A program made the translations under genes and the position numbers. Positions 40,034 through 49,804 of a stretch of 49,804 nucleotides of DNA are shown in pieces. The notes beneath the pieces were generated by a model. It was not told the DNA's origin. It worked only from the letters and a program-made list of their open reading frames with translations, and ran no database searches. This DNA is from a virus (taxonomy: Duplodnaviria; Heunggongvirae; Uroviricota; Caudoviricetes). The stretch is from the IMG/VR virus record IMGVR_UViG_2579779034_000011, positions 1-49,804 of that record. One strand, written 5' to 3'. The first letter of the stretch is position 1; the number at the start of each line of letters is the position of its first letter.

Positions 40034-40043
40034 GGGGTAATCA

Positions 40044-41423
40044 ATGGCTACGTGGCAACAGGGTATTAATTCTGGTGGTTTTCTGGCTGGCATCGGTACG
40101 CAAAACGAGAATGCACCAAAGGCAAGCGACATTAACGCAACGCTTGGTCTGATCCGCGAAAACAATGAGTTGGCTCGCTCAGGTGCAAATAACGTTGGTC
40201 TGACCGCGTTACGTGGTCTGGCTGGAGTTGCTGATATTTACAATCAGGAACAGCAACAGAAAGCGATTAATGCGTTCAATAAGGTTCACGCTGATGCATG
40301 GGCTTCTGGTGATCCATCGGGACTATTTAAGTTTGCCCAGGAAAATCCAGCGTTTGTTGCACAGGCACAACAGGCGTTTTCCGGTCTTAATGATCAGCAA
40401 CGTAACGATATGGGCGATTTAGCCATGAGGGCTAACGTCGCTCTTTCTCAGGGACCGGAAGCCTACAGTAAATTCATTACTGACAACAAGGACAGGTTAA
40501 ATCGCGTGGGTGCGAATGCTGACTGGATGATTCAGACAGGTATCCAGAATCCAGAGCAGCTATCACACATGCTGACTACTATGTCTCTCGGTGCACTTGG
40601 GCCAGAAAAGGCGTTTGCTGTTCAGGACAAGATAGCTGGTCGTGAGATTGACCGAGGCAGACTGGCAGAGACAATCCGCAGCAATCAGGCTGGCGAGGCG
40701 CTAACAGCGCGTGGTCAGAATATCACGATGCGCGGTCAGGATTTATCGATGCAGAGAGCATCAATGAAAGGGGCGGTTGGGAATAATGAGCGTACAGTTC
40801 AGTTAGCAGATGGCAGAACTGTAACGGTAGGCGGGAAGCTTCACGGCGCTGGGGCTAATGCGTTCTACGAAGGTATCGACAACGAGGGGAATATGGTTCG
40901 CGTTCCTGCTGGCTCTATTGCCGCTCCGGCTACATCGGCAGCAAGCGCGCAGAATTACGCAATGAAGAAAGATCTTGATGCAATTTCTGGTGCATCAATT
41001 GACGATCTTGGCTTCATGACTGGCATTACAGGCTCTTCAGGTTCTCCTGCTCTTGGTGCAGATATTCGTAGCCGTGCATCTGGTGGTGATCAGAGGAAAC
41101 TATACAACGCTGCACAGCGAATCCAAGGAAAGATGCAGAATCAGGGCATTGCAGCAGCCAGAGACATGGGGGCATCCGGTATCAACACCGTTGCAGAAGC
41201 AAAGATGTATTTTCAAGGTATGCCACAGGTTGATTTCTCAAGCCCTGAAGCACTGCAACAATCAATGCGCGACATTCAGCAATATACCGACAATTACAAC
41301 CAGCAATATAACGTTAATGTCGGTAATGGAGGGAAGAAATCATCAATGCAACAGCCGCCTACTCAGCAATCAGCAGGAGGTAGCTACACGTCAAAATCAG
41401 GCATTCAATTTACGGTGGAATGA
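40044..41423 (+). CDS. 20: ejection protein (P22 gp20-like)
   Basis: 459 aa; conserved position. Confidence 0.75.
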   Translation: MATWQQGINSGGFLAGIGTQNENAPKASDINATLGLIRENNELARSGANNVGLTALRGLAGVADIYNQEQQQKAINAFNKVHADAWASGDPSGLFKFAQENPAFVAQAQQAFSGLNDQQRNDMGDLAMRANVALSQGPEAYSKFITDNKDRLNRVGANADWMIQTGIQNPEQLSHMLTTMSLGALGPEKAFAVQDKIAGREIDRGRLAETIRSNQAGEALTARGQNITMRGQDLSMQRASMKGAVGNNERTVQLADGRTVTVGGKLHGAGANAFYEGIDNEGNMVRVPAGSIAAPATSAASAQNYAMKKDLDAISGASIDDLGFMTGITGSSGSPALGADIRSRASGGDQRKLYNAAQRIQGKMQNQGIAAARDMGASGINTVAEAKMYFQGMPQVDFSSPEALQQSMRDIQQYTDNYNQQYNVNVGNGGKKSSMQQPPTQQSAGGSYTSKSGIQFTVE

Positions 41424-43252
41424 TGAAAGTAACTGCAAACGGTAAGACATTTACCTTCCCTGATGGTACGAGCACGGAAGATATTGGCACCGCCATTGAT
41501 GAGTATTTTGCTGGTCAGGCTGTTCAGCAACAAACAGTTAATCAGGCCAATAATGAACCAGCACGTGAAGAACCATCATTGATGCAACAAGCTGGCGATT
41601 GGCTCACAGGTGGTCAAAGTGCAGGGCAAATTGCAGAGCAGGCTGGTCGTGGTCTGGTAAACATACCATTTGACGTATTGCAGGGTGGCGCAAGTCTGAT
41701 TAATGCAATCAGCCAGGGGCTTGGTGGCCCCAAGGTTTTGGACGATGTCTATCGTCCAGTAGATCGACCAACAGACCCTTATGCGCAAGCTGGAGAAACA
41801 ATTGGCGGGTATTTAGTTCCAGGAGTTGGAACGGCAGGAAGCATGGCTATTGGATCACTGGCAGAGGCCGCAAATCAGAAAGGCGATTTCGCACAAAATG
41901 CAGCTAAAAATGCCGGAGTTAACCTTGCCGCTCAGGGGGTTCTTTCCGCAGCAGCAAAGGGAATAGGGCGTGGAATTACTGCTGTTCGTGGCGAAATATC
42001 ACCAGCAGATCAGCAATTGCTCAAGCGTGCCGCTGCGGCAGATGTACCAGTTATGACATCGGATGTAGTTCCTCCAAAAACAAAACTTGGCAATCAACTG
42101 CAGGGTTACTCAGAAGGAGTCATAGCTGGGACTGGACCAATGAGAGCCGCACAGCAGGATGCTAGAACCAAGCTTGTTAATCGCTTCACCGAAAAATACG
42201 GCGACTACGATCCATCTGTAGTCGTTGATAGTCTAAAGTCAGGCGTTGCAAGGGAAAAATCGTTAGCCAAGTCAAAACTAAACAACCTGTCAGGAAGAAT
42301 GGTTGGAAAGCCAGTTGATACAAGTGGCGCCATAAGAGCTATCGACGGAGCAGTAAACGAACTTGGGAAACTTAAAGGTGTTTCTGACACCCAGACCATT
42401 TCTGCGCTTAATGATTATAAGAATGCCATTCAGGAGATAACAAATGGAGATGATGCCTTTGAGTTACTTGATAAGCTGAGAACTCAGTTCCGCATTGACG
42501 TAAAAGGCGATCGTACAGTTCTGCCATCAATGTCGCAAACAATGGTCGACAGGGTCTACAACTCGCTAACCAATAGCCTTAGTAAATCTATAGCGAAAGG
42601 ACTTAGCCCAAAAGATGCTTCAGCATGGAGAGCGGGAAAAGCTGATTATGCAAAAATGGCAACACATGCAACTCAAACGCGCCTTAAAAACGTTCTAAAC
42701 AAAGGAGATTTAACTCCCGAGGCTGTAAATACCATTGTGTATGGACAATATGGGTCAGATATAGCTCGATTGTACGGGAAACTCGATCAAAAAGGTAAAG
42801 ACATGCTAAGGGCGGCATATATCAGCAAAATAGCTGACAAGGTAGGTGACAGCCCTCAGAAAATGATGACCGAGCTTGGCAAGCTGCAAAAACAAGCAAA
42901 TGGTCAGGTGTTTAAAACTGTATTTGGTGGGAAGAACGGAAAAGAGATAGAGGGGATGTTATCTATTCTCGATGCTACCAAAAGAGCATCTGAGGCTAAT
43001 GTTGTGACGAAGACTGGCATGACACTCGCGCCTTTGGTAAGGGTTATTGGTAACCTAAAAACCGGAGGCGCGCTATTGGCAGGGGAAACAGGGATTGGCC
43101 TTATGTCGAGGGTTTATGAAAGCCCTATGGCTAGGAATGCGCTCTTACGTCTGGCAAACACTAAAGCTGGAACGCCAGCTTATGAAAGAGCGTTAAGCAA
43201 AGCTGCAAATGCAATCAGACCGCTGCTTGCCACTGAGGCAACACAGCAGTGA
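41420..43252 (+). CDS. 16: ejection protein (P22 gp16-like)
   Basis: 610 aa; conserved position; ATGA overlap with the gp20 stop. Confidence 0.75.
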   Translation: MMKVTANGKTFTFPDGTSTEDIGTAIDEYFAGQAVQQQTVNQANNEPAREEPSLMQQAGDWLTGGQSAGQIAEQAGRGLVNIPFDVLQGGASLINAISQGLGGPKVLDDVYRPVDRPTDPYAQAGETIGGYLVPGVGTAGSMAIGSLAEAANQKGDFAQNAAKNAGVNLAAQGVLSAAAKGIGRGITAVRGEISPADQQLLKRAAAADVPVMTSDVVPPKTKLGNQLQGYSEGVIAGTGPMRAAQQDARTKLVNRFTEKYGDYDPSVVVDSLKSGVAREKSLAKSKLNNLSGRMVGKPVDTSGAIRAIDGAVNELGKLKGVSDTQTISALNDYKNAIQEITNGDDAFELLDKLRTQFRIDVKGDRTVLPSMSQTMVDRVYNSLTNSLSKSIAKGLSPKDASAWRAGKADYAKMATHATQTRLKNVLNKGDLTPEAVNTIVYGQYGSDIARLYGKLDQKGKDMLRAAYISKIADKVGDSPQKMMTELGKLQKQANGQVFKTVFGGKNGKEIEGMLSILDATKRASEANVVTKTGMTLAPLVRVIGNLKTGGALLAGETGIGLMSRVYESPMARNALLRLANTKAGTPAYERALSKAANAIRPLLATEATQQ

Positions 43253-43269
43253 CTAAATGCCATGGATGG

Positions 43270-43458
43270 TTATTTCCCTAGCACATGAAACAATGTTTGC
43301 TTTAATTCCACCCATACAATTATGACCACTATAGACAGACAAAAGAAACTGAATGCATTGGCATCACGATCGAAACCTTCTCCGGCACTAAATCCGTAAA
43401 AGGTCATAAAAAATATAAAAATTGCGCACTTTGCAACGTTTACAAATTTTTTCTTCAC
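43270..43458 (-). CDS. hypothetical small membrane protein
   Basis: 62 aa with two hydrophobic segments; AT-rich; at the edge of the immI-like region. Confidence 0.4.
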   Translation of the reverse strand: MKKKFVNVAKCAIFIFFMTFYGFSAGEGFDRDANAFSFFCLSIVVIIVWVELKQTLFHVLGK

Positions 43459-43518
43459 ACCAACCTCCTTAGTTTTGCGCAGGATACCAGATGATAATGT
43501 GTCGCTTCCTAAAGGATA

Positions 43519-44160
43519 TCAAAGCAACGGGATTTCAAGGTAAACTGCGGTTGCCAAAATACTAACATCTTCATTTCTAACAAGAATATTAGGATACATT
43601 GGGTTTAGGGATACTAGGTTTGTCTCTATTTCACCAATGTAAACCTGCTTGAAGCTCAATATTTGCTCTTTATCCAATGATGCTATTACATAATCTTTGC
43701 TTTTAGCTTTTACTAGAGGACTGAACGTGACAACCGATCCTCTGGGAAAACTAATACCTGAACTTGTAGTCATAGCTTCACCTTCAATAGTCAATGCAAA
43801 TGCAGAGTCACCAACATTGTATATTGCCGGATGAAATCTAGACGATGAATGTTCACCTGTGTTTAGGTAATGCATAACTTCATCTAGTTTGAGGATTGGT
43901 ATTTGCTTTACCAGAACGTCAGGCATGACGTTTTTTGTTCCCGGACCCTGACCTTCACCTAGAGCTAACCACTCAGCCGTAGTACCTAATGCGTTGGCTA
44001 ATGCCTGCAATACCCGAAGCCGTGGTTTAGCCTCACCACCCTCGTATGCAGCTATTTGACGTTGAACAACACCAGCTAATTTTGACAACTGCGCCTGCGT
44101 CATACCCCTGGACTGTCTTGCCAGAGATACTCTTGATGGGAATTGATCGTCAAAATTCAT
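43519..44160 (-). CDS. CI/LexA-like repressor with HTH and degenerate S24 domain
   Basis: 213 aa; the S24 fold aligns to the lambda cI C-terminal domain, but catalytic Ser is Ala (EGEAM vs EGNSM) and the Lys position is Thr/Ala (ILATAVY vs VVGKVIA). Confidence 0.7.
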   Translation of the reverse strand: MNFDDQFPSRVSLARQSRGMTQAQLSKLAGVVQRQIAAYEGGEAKPRLRVLQALANALGTTAEWLALGEGQGPGTKNVMPDVLVKQIPILKLDEVMHYLNTGEHSSSRFHPAIYNVGDSAFALTIEGEAMTTSSGISFPRGSVVTFSPLVKAKSKDYVIASLDKEQILSFKQVYIGEIETNLVSLNPMYPNILVRNEDVSILATAVYLEIPLL

Positions 44161-44259
44161 TAGTTCACCATAAAAAATTCATTGACTCATACTGAGTGTG
44201 AGTGAATAATCAAACTACAAAAAGTGAGATTATGAGTTTTTTAAAAACAGGAGTGCATA

Positions 44260-44433
44260 ATGACTGAAAAGATATCTTCCATCAAGCCGCGTCAGGTTCG
44301 TTTTACAGAAAAGGTTGATTCACATATCCGCGAATCAGCAAAAAGATGCCATAGGTCAATTCAGGCAGAGATAGCTTATCGAATGGAGTTATTGATGAAA
44401 CTTGAGGCAAAGGGCGATGTTGTCATCCAATAA
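44260..44433 (+). CDS. arc: Arc-like ribbon-helix-helix repressor
   Basis: 57 aa found by manual translation; resembles P22 Arc as I recall it; divergent from the repressor. Confidence 0.5.
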   Translation: MTEKISSIKPRQVRFTEKVDSHIRESAKRCHRSIQAEIAYRMELLMKLEAKGDVVIQ

Positions 44434-44506
44434 AAATAGTGAAGCCCGGCAGTGCGCGAACACAAACCGGGCCTCTATGTCAGTAACCGTATGCAAGGAA
44501 ACTAAC

Positions 44507-45133
44507 ATGAATATTGTAGCAAAATCAGAATACAACTTCCACGGAGTTGAGTTGGTGCCCACCCGTGATATGCATGGTGTTTGGTTTACATCATCTAATA
44601 TTGCATCTGCACTTAAATACGCAAATAGTCGTGCAGTAACAATGATTTATAACAAGTATAGCGATGAGTTTAGCGCTGGAATGACTCAGGTACTCGAAGT
44701 GAGTACCTCAGGAAATTATCGCAAAAAAGTGCGAGTTTTCTCACTACGCGGTGCCCACCTAATCGCGATGTTTGCTCGCACTCCGGTAGCCAAAGAGTTC
44801 CGCCGCTGGGTGCTGGATATTTTGGATCGGCAGGCAGAATGCTCACCGATTGCAAAACAGTTTACTGACGAAGAACTGGTTAATCTCTGCTACTTACAAT
44901 TGTGGATGGAGAAGAGTCAACAAATGTGCAAACACATCTACCCAGGAATGAAGCAAATTGGCTCTGAGCTTTCAGGAAGAATTTACGATATTGCATATGA
45001 GACTCGCTATATGTCAGAAGAAACCAAGAAATCACTTCTTCGTGAAATGAAGAATCTTGATACCAACAATTTTGTCGTAAAGAACGCTCAGCCAATGCTG
45101 ACAAAACTGCGCGGCGAGGAATGGATTCATTGA
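44507..45133 (+). CDS. ant: antirepressor-like protein (Bro-N-type N-terminal domain)
   Basis: 208 aa from MNIVAKSEY; AGGA RBS. Confidence 0.6.
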   Translation: MNIVAKSEYNFHGVELVPTRDMHGVWFTSSNIASALKYANSRAVTMIYNKYSDEFSAGMTQVLEVSTSGNYRKKVRVFSLRGAHLIAMFARTPVAKEFRRWVLDILDRQAECSPIAKQFTDEELVNLCYLQLWMEKSQQMCKHIYPGMKQIGSELSGRIYDIAYETRYMSEETKKSLLREMKNLDTNNFVVKNAQPMLTKLRGEEWIH

Positions 45134-45221
45134 TTGGTGCGCCGGACGGCGCAAAAAGAAAACCGCCAGTGTGCTGCTGGCGGCCTATGTCACACCCTTA
45201 CTACCACATAAGGAATGCCTA

Positions 45222-45947
45222 ATGACTTTGAAGAATGTAGCAAACATCGGATCCGTTGTCACGGATAAAACCATTGACAGCCAAAGTCTTCTGATGATGG
45301 TTAATGAAGCTCGCAAGTTATGTGGAGAGCCATCAGTACGTAACAACAAATTCATCGAGAAAATTGAGGATGAATTGGAGGGCGAGACCTACACAAAAAG
45401 TGTAGGTCGGAAAAACGGGGCTGACATTGATGTTATCTCCATGACTATCAAGCAGGCGCTTCGTGTTGCTGCTCGCGAATCTAAAGCAGTTCGCCGAACA
45501 CTTGTAGACAAACTTGAAAGTATGCAGGAAGCACACATTAAAAGCGGTAAATCAGCGAGTGGACTTGTTGAGTATCGTCAAGCGCGAACACTGAAAATGA
45601 CGGTTGAAGCTGTTACCAATCTGTTCGATCTGATGCCAAATCTTGCGCCGGAGGCAAAGCAGACAGCGGCAGCAAGTATAATCAACCCGCTTGTTGGTTT
45701 TAATGCAATACCTCTTCCGGCAATAGAAGAGCATTACTACTCAGCAGGGGAGGTTGCAGAGCAGCTTGGAGTAACGGCCAACAAGATTGGTCGCATTGCT
45801 AACGCAAACAACCTCAAAACTGAGCAGTACGGGAAGTTCTTCCTGGATAAATCGGCGCATTCCAGCAAACAGGTAGAGGCGTTCCGCTACAATTCTGAAG
45901 GCGTTAAAGCACTACAACACCTGCTACATGGCTCAAATGTGGCGTAA
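45222..45947 (+). CDS. second antirepressor-like protein
   Basis: 241 aa from MTLKNVAN; AAGGA RBS. Confidence 0.5.
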   Translation: MTLKNVANIGSVVTDKTIDSQSLLMMVNEARKLCGEPSVRNNKFIEKIEDELEGETYTKSVGRKNGADIDVISMTIKQALRVAARESKAVRRTLVDKLESMQEAHIKSGKSASGLVEYRQARTLKMTVEAVTNLFDLMPNLAPEAKQTAAASIINPLVGFNAIPLPAIEEHYYSAGEVAEQLGVTANKIGRIANANNLKTEQYGKFFLDKSAHSSKQVEAFRYNSEGVKALQHLLHGSNVA

Positions 45948-45973
45948 CATTTTATAATGAAAACTAAACCCGC

Positions 45974-46231
45974 TTAATCGCGGGTTTTTTCTTTCCTTAG
46001 AATTTCAGCCGCAACTTCTTTTACTCGTTCCGAGATTAATGAGGCCAGTCTCTCTTCTTCATCACGATACCCGCTTACAGGTGATGGTTTGGAGAGAGAT
46101 TCTTCCATCGTAGCCACAATTTCGGAATTGATAGACCTGTTATTCATTTTTGCACGCTGCTTAATCTTAGCGTGCAACTCGTGCGTAAGCCTCAAGTGGA
46201 ACTGCGCCTCATCGTATTTGCTGTACATCAT
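45974..46231 (-). CDS. mnt: Mnt-like ribbon-helix-helix repressor
   Basis: RSINSEIVATMEESLSKPSPVSGYRDEEERLA matches P22 Mnt (RSMNSELLQIVQDALSKPSPVTGYRNDAERLA). Confidence 0.7.
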   Translation of the reverse strand: MMYSKYDEAQFHLRLTHELHAKIKQRAKMNNRSINSEIVATMEESLSKPSPVSGYRDEEERLASLISERVKEVAAEILRKEKTRD

Positions 46232-46363
46232 CAATGCCTCACCAAATGGGTGGAATGGCATCGTAAAACCTACTGTACAAATCAACAATCGTACCGTTTC
46301 GGTATGTAACAAACACTATCCGTAGCCATGCTGCGGCGATTCCTTGTATCTGGAGCAAATTAA

Positions 46364-48538
46364 ATGACAGACATTACAGCCAATGTTGTAGTGAGCATGC
46401 CTTCGCAACTCTTTACTATGGCCCGCTCTTTTAAAGCCGTAGCTAATGGCAAAATTTATATCGGTAAAATTGACACTGACCCAGTAAATCCAGAAAACCA
46501 GATTCAGGTTTATGTGGAGAACGAAGACGGCTCTCACGTTCCTGTTTCTCAACCAATCATCATTAACGCTGCTGGTTACCCGGTATATAACGGACAGATT
46601 GCCAAGTTCGTAACTGTGCAAGGCCATTCTATGGCTGTTTATGATGCATATGGGGCGCAGCAGTTCAATTTTCCTAATGTGTTGAAGTACGACCCGGATC
46701 AGTTTAAATTACTTATTGGCGGTACAGATGGTAGTAAATATATCGGTTTCGGCGCTTCAACGGTTTACGATGCAATCAGGAAAACACCTCAATACTATGG
46801 AGCTAAAGCAGATGGATTGACATCAGATTCTGATGCCATTAATGCCGCAGCATTAGCTGCTTTTAATAATGGTGGCGGGGAAATATTTTACCCTCCAGGT
46901 GTTTATTTAATAGATTCTCCTATCATTCTTTATACAGGCGTTCATCATAAAGGCTCTGGAAAGAGAGCAACATTTCTGTATGTTAAAAAAGGTAGTAATA
47001 CAGATGTATTTAAAACACATGGCTTTGGCGTTGTGGAAAATCTGTCTGATGCGCCATATGGATTTAGCATAAAAGATATGACCATTGATGGTAATTATCT
47101 TGACTTGCAAAGAGATACAAACTCATGGAGAACTTGCGACACTGTTAACAATGATTATGGAACTGCCATTAAAATATTCGGCAGCATGTACCACATTGAC
47201 GTTGAGATTAATAATGTTGCAGAACATGCTCTCTATTCAGAGGGGTATGGATCATTTCATGATAATCAGGAACACGCCTCTGAAGTGAGGATAACGGGAA
47301 GAATTTCAGGGAGAGAGGGGGTTGTGTTCAGGGGGCCAGGTGATATTAACCTAGATTATATTGTTTTTGGCCTGTGTGGACTTCCTCCTTACAGCGCAAG
47401 ATTAACAGCAACAAGCCAACAAAGCCTTCTTTATCCAGGAGAACCATGTCATGGAATTGTTCTTGATAATCAGTCTCCTTATACAGGACATGTCGATATA
47501 AATTACATCCATGTATATGCTGTGTATTATGGCTATGGATTTAAGACGCTGGGTGTTAACCGATTCAATGCGAGGCACGTGTGTGTTGATAATAGTTTAG
47601 GTGGTTACTGGTTTACCAACGGGGCACATGGTGTTGTTGCCATCGCAGAAGCCAGGGCGTGCGGAAGAATGCCAGATAACTACACTGGCGATTCAATTTC
47701 TCCTCTCCGCGACATGCTTCTGGATAACGGTACAATCTGGACACTTAACATCAATATAAAAGCACAAAGATATTCACCTTCAATTGATGATGATGGGTAT
47801 CAGATAGCTATATCAGGCAACAACAATGTAGTTACAATAAACCAAATCGGTCAGTTGCAGAGTGACAATGCCCCTATTAAAGCCTCGCTTCTTTCTGTTA
47901 CTGGTGACAATAACAATGTTACTTTTACATCCAAGAGGATAAAAGGAAATTTATGTTACTTATCCGGCGGTGGTAATAATATAAGAGGTTCGTGTGATAA
48001 TTTGTTTTCGGGTTCTGCTCTTATTCGCGATGCAGTAAATTCAACAACAATTTGTTTTGCGAACAGCGTAGATATAACTGCGAAGGTGCTTTCTTCTGAT
48101 TGCACTGGATTTAACAGCATTGGCACATGTGCATCAGAGAATATAAGATTAATCACTTCAGGCGCAAATGGTTATAATAGGTTTTTAGGTGATAGAATGG
48201 CAGCCCTTAACAGGACGTGTACGTGGACGATTATGGCAACAGTTGGAAACTCAATAAATGGGAAATCAACTGACGATTATATTGAGTGGAATATGCCAAA
48301 CCCAACAGGTAGCGAACCTAACGAGGTTGATATTGAGCATAATTTTCTGTATGCCCCAACACCAAACCAGATTGCTGTGTTGGGGTTTAGACAACCTGCT
48401 GGTTCTGCAGAAGGTGCAACTTTAAGTCCAATAGAAATTATCGGAACTCCAAGTGAGTCTTCTTTCAGAATTAGATACCATTGGTCAGGCCCTTTATCTT
48501 CTGGCTCTGCTCCAATTGTAATGTTCAGGATTAGATAG
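46364..48538 (+). CDS. 9: tailspike: P22-type N-terminal head-binding domain plus a different beta-helix receptor-binding domain
   Basis: first about 115 aa match P22 gp9; the remainder is AT-rich and unlike P22 gp9. Confidence 0.85.
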   Translation: MTDITANVVVSMPSQLFTMARSFKAVANGKIYIGKIDTDPVNPENQIQVYVENEDGSHVPVSQPIIINAAGYPVYNGQIAKFVTVQGHSMAVYDAYGAQQFNFPNVLKYDPDQFKLLIGGTDGSKYIGFGASTVYDAIRKTPQYYGAKADGLTSDSDAINAAALAAFNNGGGEIFYPPGVYLIDSPIILYTGVHHKGSGKRATFLYVKKGSNTDVFKTHGFGVVENLSDAPYGFSIKDMTIDGNYLDLQRDTNSWRTCDTVNNDYGTAIKIFGSMYHIDVEINNVAEHALYSEGYGSFHDNQEHASEVRITGRISGREGVVFRGPGDINLDYIVFGLCGLPPYSARLTATSQQSLLYPGEPCHGIVLDNQSPYTGHVDINYIHVYAVYYGYGFKTLGVNRFNARHVCVDNSLGGYWFTNGAHGVVAIAEARACGRMPDNYTGDSISPLRDMLLDNGTIWTLNINIKAQRYSPSIDDDGYQIAISGNNNVVTINQIGQLQSDNAPIKASLLSVTGDNNNVTFTSKRIKGNLCYLSGGGNNIRGSCDNLFSGSALIRDAVNSTTICFANSVDITAKVLSSDCTGFNSIGTCASENIRLITSGANGYNRFLGDRMAALNRTCTWTIMATVGNSINGKSTDDYIEWNMPNPTGSEPNEVDIEHNFLYAPTPNQIAVLGFRQPAGSAEGATLSPIEIIGTPSESSFRIRYHWSGPLSSGSAPIVMFRIR

Positions 48539-48587
48539 AATTAATTGATATTTTAAAAAATTAAATTATTAGTTGATAAATTGTATG

Positions 48588-48640
48588 CGCAAGGCCTGTA
48601 ACTTGAGTGCCAGGCCTTGCATGTTTTCATTGATTTTTAA
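48588..48640. terminator. bidirectional terminator hairpin between tailspike and integrase
   Basis: GCAAGGCCTG ... CAGGCCTTGC stem with T-rich tracts on both sides. Confidence 0.6.
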
Positions 48641-48646
48641 GATGGT

Positions 48647-49804
48647 TCACTCCACCTTTTCATCAAGCCAGTCCGCCCACCATTGCATCATTTCTCTGCG
48701 CTTATCGAGATACTGAGCATGGTTGTAAATTCCACGTACAGATCCGCCGTTGGCATGTGCCAGTTGCACTTCAATGGCGTCGGCAGGCCATTCGTGCTCG
48801 TTCATAATCGTGCTGAATTCATGCCTGAATCCGTGACCGCTTTCCAGCCCCTCATAGCCGATTTGTTTGATCACAAGCAATACCGCGTTCTCGCAGATTG
48901 GTTTCTTCTTATCGTTGCGCCCGGCAAAAACAAACTCTGAGACTGGTTTGGTGATTGAGCTTAGTGTAGTAAGAAGTTCAACCACCTGGTCTGACATAGG
49001 AACCACATGAATTTTGCGTCCCTTCATCACACTGGCGTCGATGGTGATAATCCTGTTTTCAAAATCGACGTTCTTCCATTGCATGGAGCGAAGCTCTTTC
49101 GTTCTTAGGGCTGTGTAGCGTAAAACTTTGGTCGCAATGAGCGATACGATACTTCCTGAAAATGTTGCCAGTGCTTTGTTGAATGCCGGGATCTGGTCTG
49201 CAGGAAGAAACGGGAAGTTCTTCTTGCGGTATCCCTTCATGGCGTCAGCAAGGTCAGGTGCCGGGTTATATTTAGCCCTACCAGTAACAATAGCGTAACG
49301 AAAAACCTCGCCGCATCTTCTGCGGGCTTTGTTGGCTCGCTCCATTGCACCGCGATCTTCAAATCTGCGGATTACTTCCAGCAGTTGCATCGGCTCAATA
49401 TCCTGAATCTCAAGACCGCCGATGATGGGTAAAATGTCGTCATCAAACATTTTGGCAAGTTCAGTTGCATAGCCTACTGACCAGACTTGCTTCTTGTGCT
49501 CGTACCATTCCTTGTAAATCGCACTAAATGAATTGTTGTTAGACGAAGCCTTTTTCGCCTTTACCGGATCGATGCCAACCGAGATGTCTTTCCTCGCAGT
49601 CCATGCCTTATCCCTTGCTTCCTGCAAAGTCATAAGCGGATATTTTCCGACGGTCAGGATTTTCTCCTTACCGTCAATCTTGTAGCGAAGCTGCCATACC
49701 TTTTTCCCTGACACAGGGACATAAAGGTACAGGCCATTACCATCGAGAAGGCGGTATGGTTTTTCTTTTGGCTTTGCTGCTTCAATCTGCTTAACGGTGA
49801 GCAT
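48647..49804 (-). CDS. int: tyrosine integrase, P4-type (second copy; start codon at window edge)
   Basis: 385 aa; MLTVKQIEAAKPKEKPYRL arm-binding N-terminus; HGFRHEFST ... LAH ... RGIYNHAQY catalytic region. Confidence 0.9.
   Translation of the reverse strand: MLTVKQIEAAKPKEKPYRLLDGNGLYLYVPVSGKKVWQLRYKIDGKEKILTVGKYPLMTLQEARDKAWTARKDISVGIDPVKAKKASSNNNSFSAIYKEWYEHKKQVWSVGYATELAKMFDDDILPIIGGLEIQDIEPMQLLEVIRRFEDRGAMERANKARRRCGEVFRYAIVTGRAKYNPAPDLADAMKGYRKKNFPFLPADQIPAFNKALATFSGSIVSLIATKVLRYTALRTKELRSMQWKNVDFENRIITIDASVMKGRKIHVVPMSDQVVELLTTLSSITKPVSEFVFAGRNDKKKPICENAVLLVIKQIGYEGLESGHGFRHEFSTIMNEHEWPADAIEVQLAHANGGSVRGIYNHAQYLDKRREMMQWWADWLDEKVE

Larger units (their letters stand above)
8954..48646. 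mobile_element. mosaic lambdoid/P22-like prophage (left boundary uncertain; may include the 7121..8974 cassette)
   Basis: int-xis, early-left operon, N/cI/cro/cII immunity region, O/DnaB replication, nin region, Q, lysis and P22-type morphogenesis genes through tailspike in canonical order. Confidence 0.7.

Overview
The window reads as three phage-related modules in a row, all identified from sequence and from recalled lambda/P22/P2/P4 protein sequences (no searches were run). (1) 1..~6450: part of a P4-like satellite-type element, co-oriented on the + strand. It has a P2-family (gpN-like) capsid gene with an upstream partner ORF, a P4-type RNA-immunity leader (seqA/seqB/seqC-like complementary boxes), three small translationally coupled ORFs, an alpha-like primase-helicase, an iteron-rich origin, and an Ogr/Delta-type zinc-finger activator. 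(2) ~6450..8974: a structured non-coding gap followed by a strongly AT-rich two-gene cassette whose second gene overlaps, antisense, the 3' end of an integrase gene. This is the best candidate for an undescribed accessory or defence system. (3) 8954..~48640: a mosaic lambdoid prophage. Its regulatory and lysis genes are lambda-like (cI C-terminal domain, cII, N, nin region, Q, S, R, Rz/Rz1). Its recombination module is ssb plus a Rad52-like annealing protein, its replication module is an O-like initiator plus a DnaB-type helicase, and its morphogenesis block is P22-like (gp3, 2, 1, 8, 5, 4, 10, 26, 14, 7, 20, 16, immI-like region, tailspike). Three free-standing HNH endonuclease genes and two tRNA genes are inserted in the late region. 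A second P4-family integrase (48647..49804, minus strand) begins another element at the right edge. Which integrase serves which element, and the exact att junctions, cannot be settled from this window; the alternatives are given in the findings.
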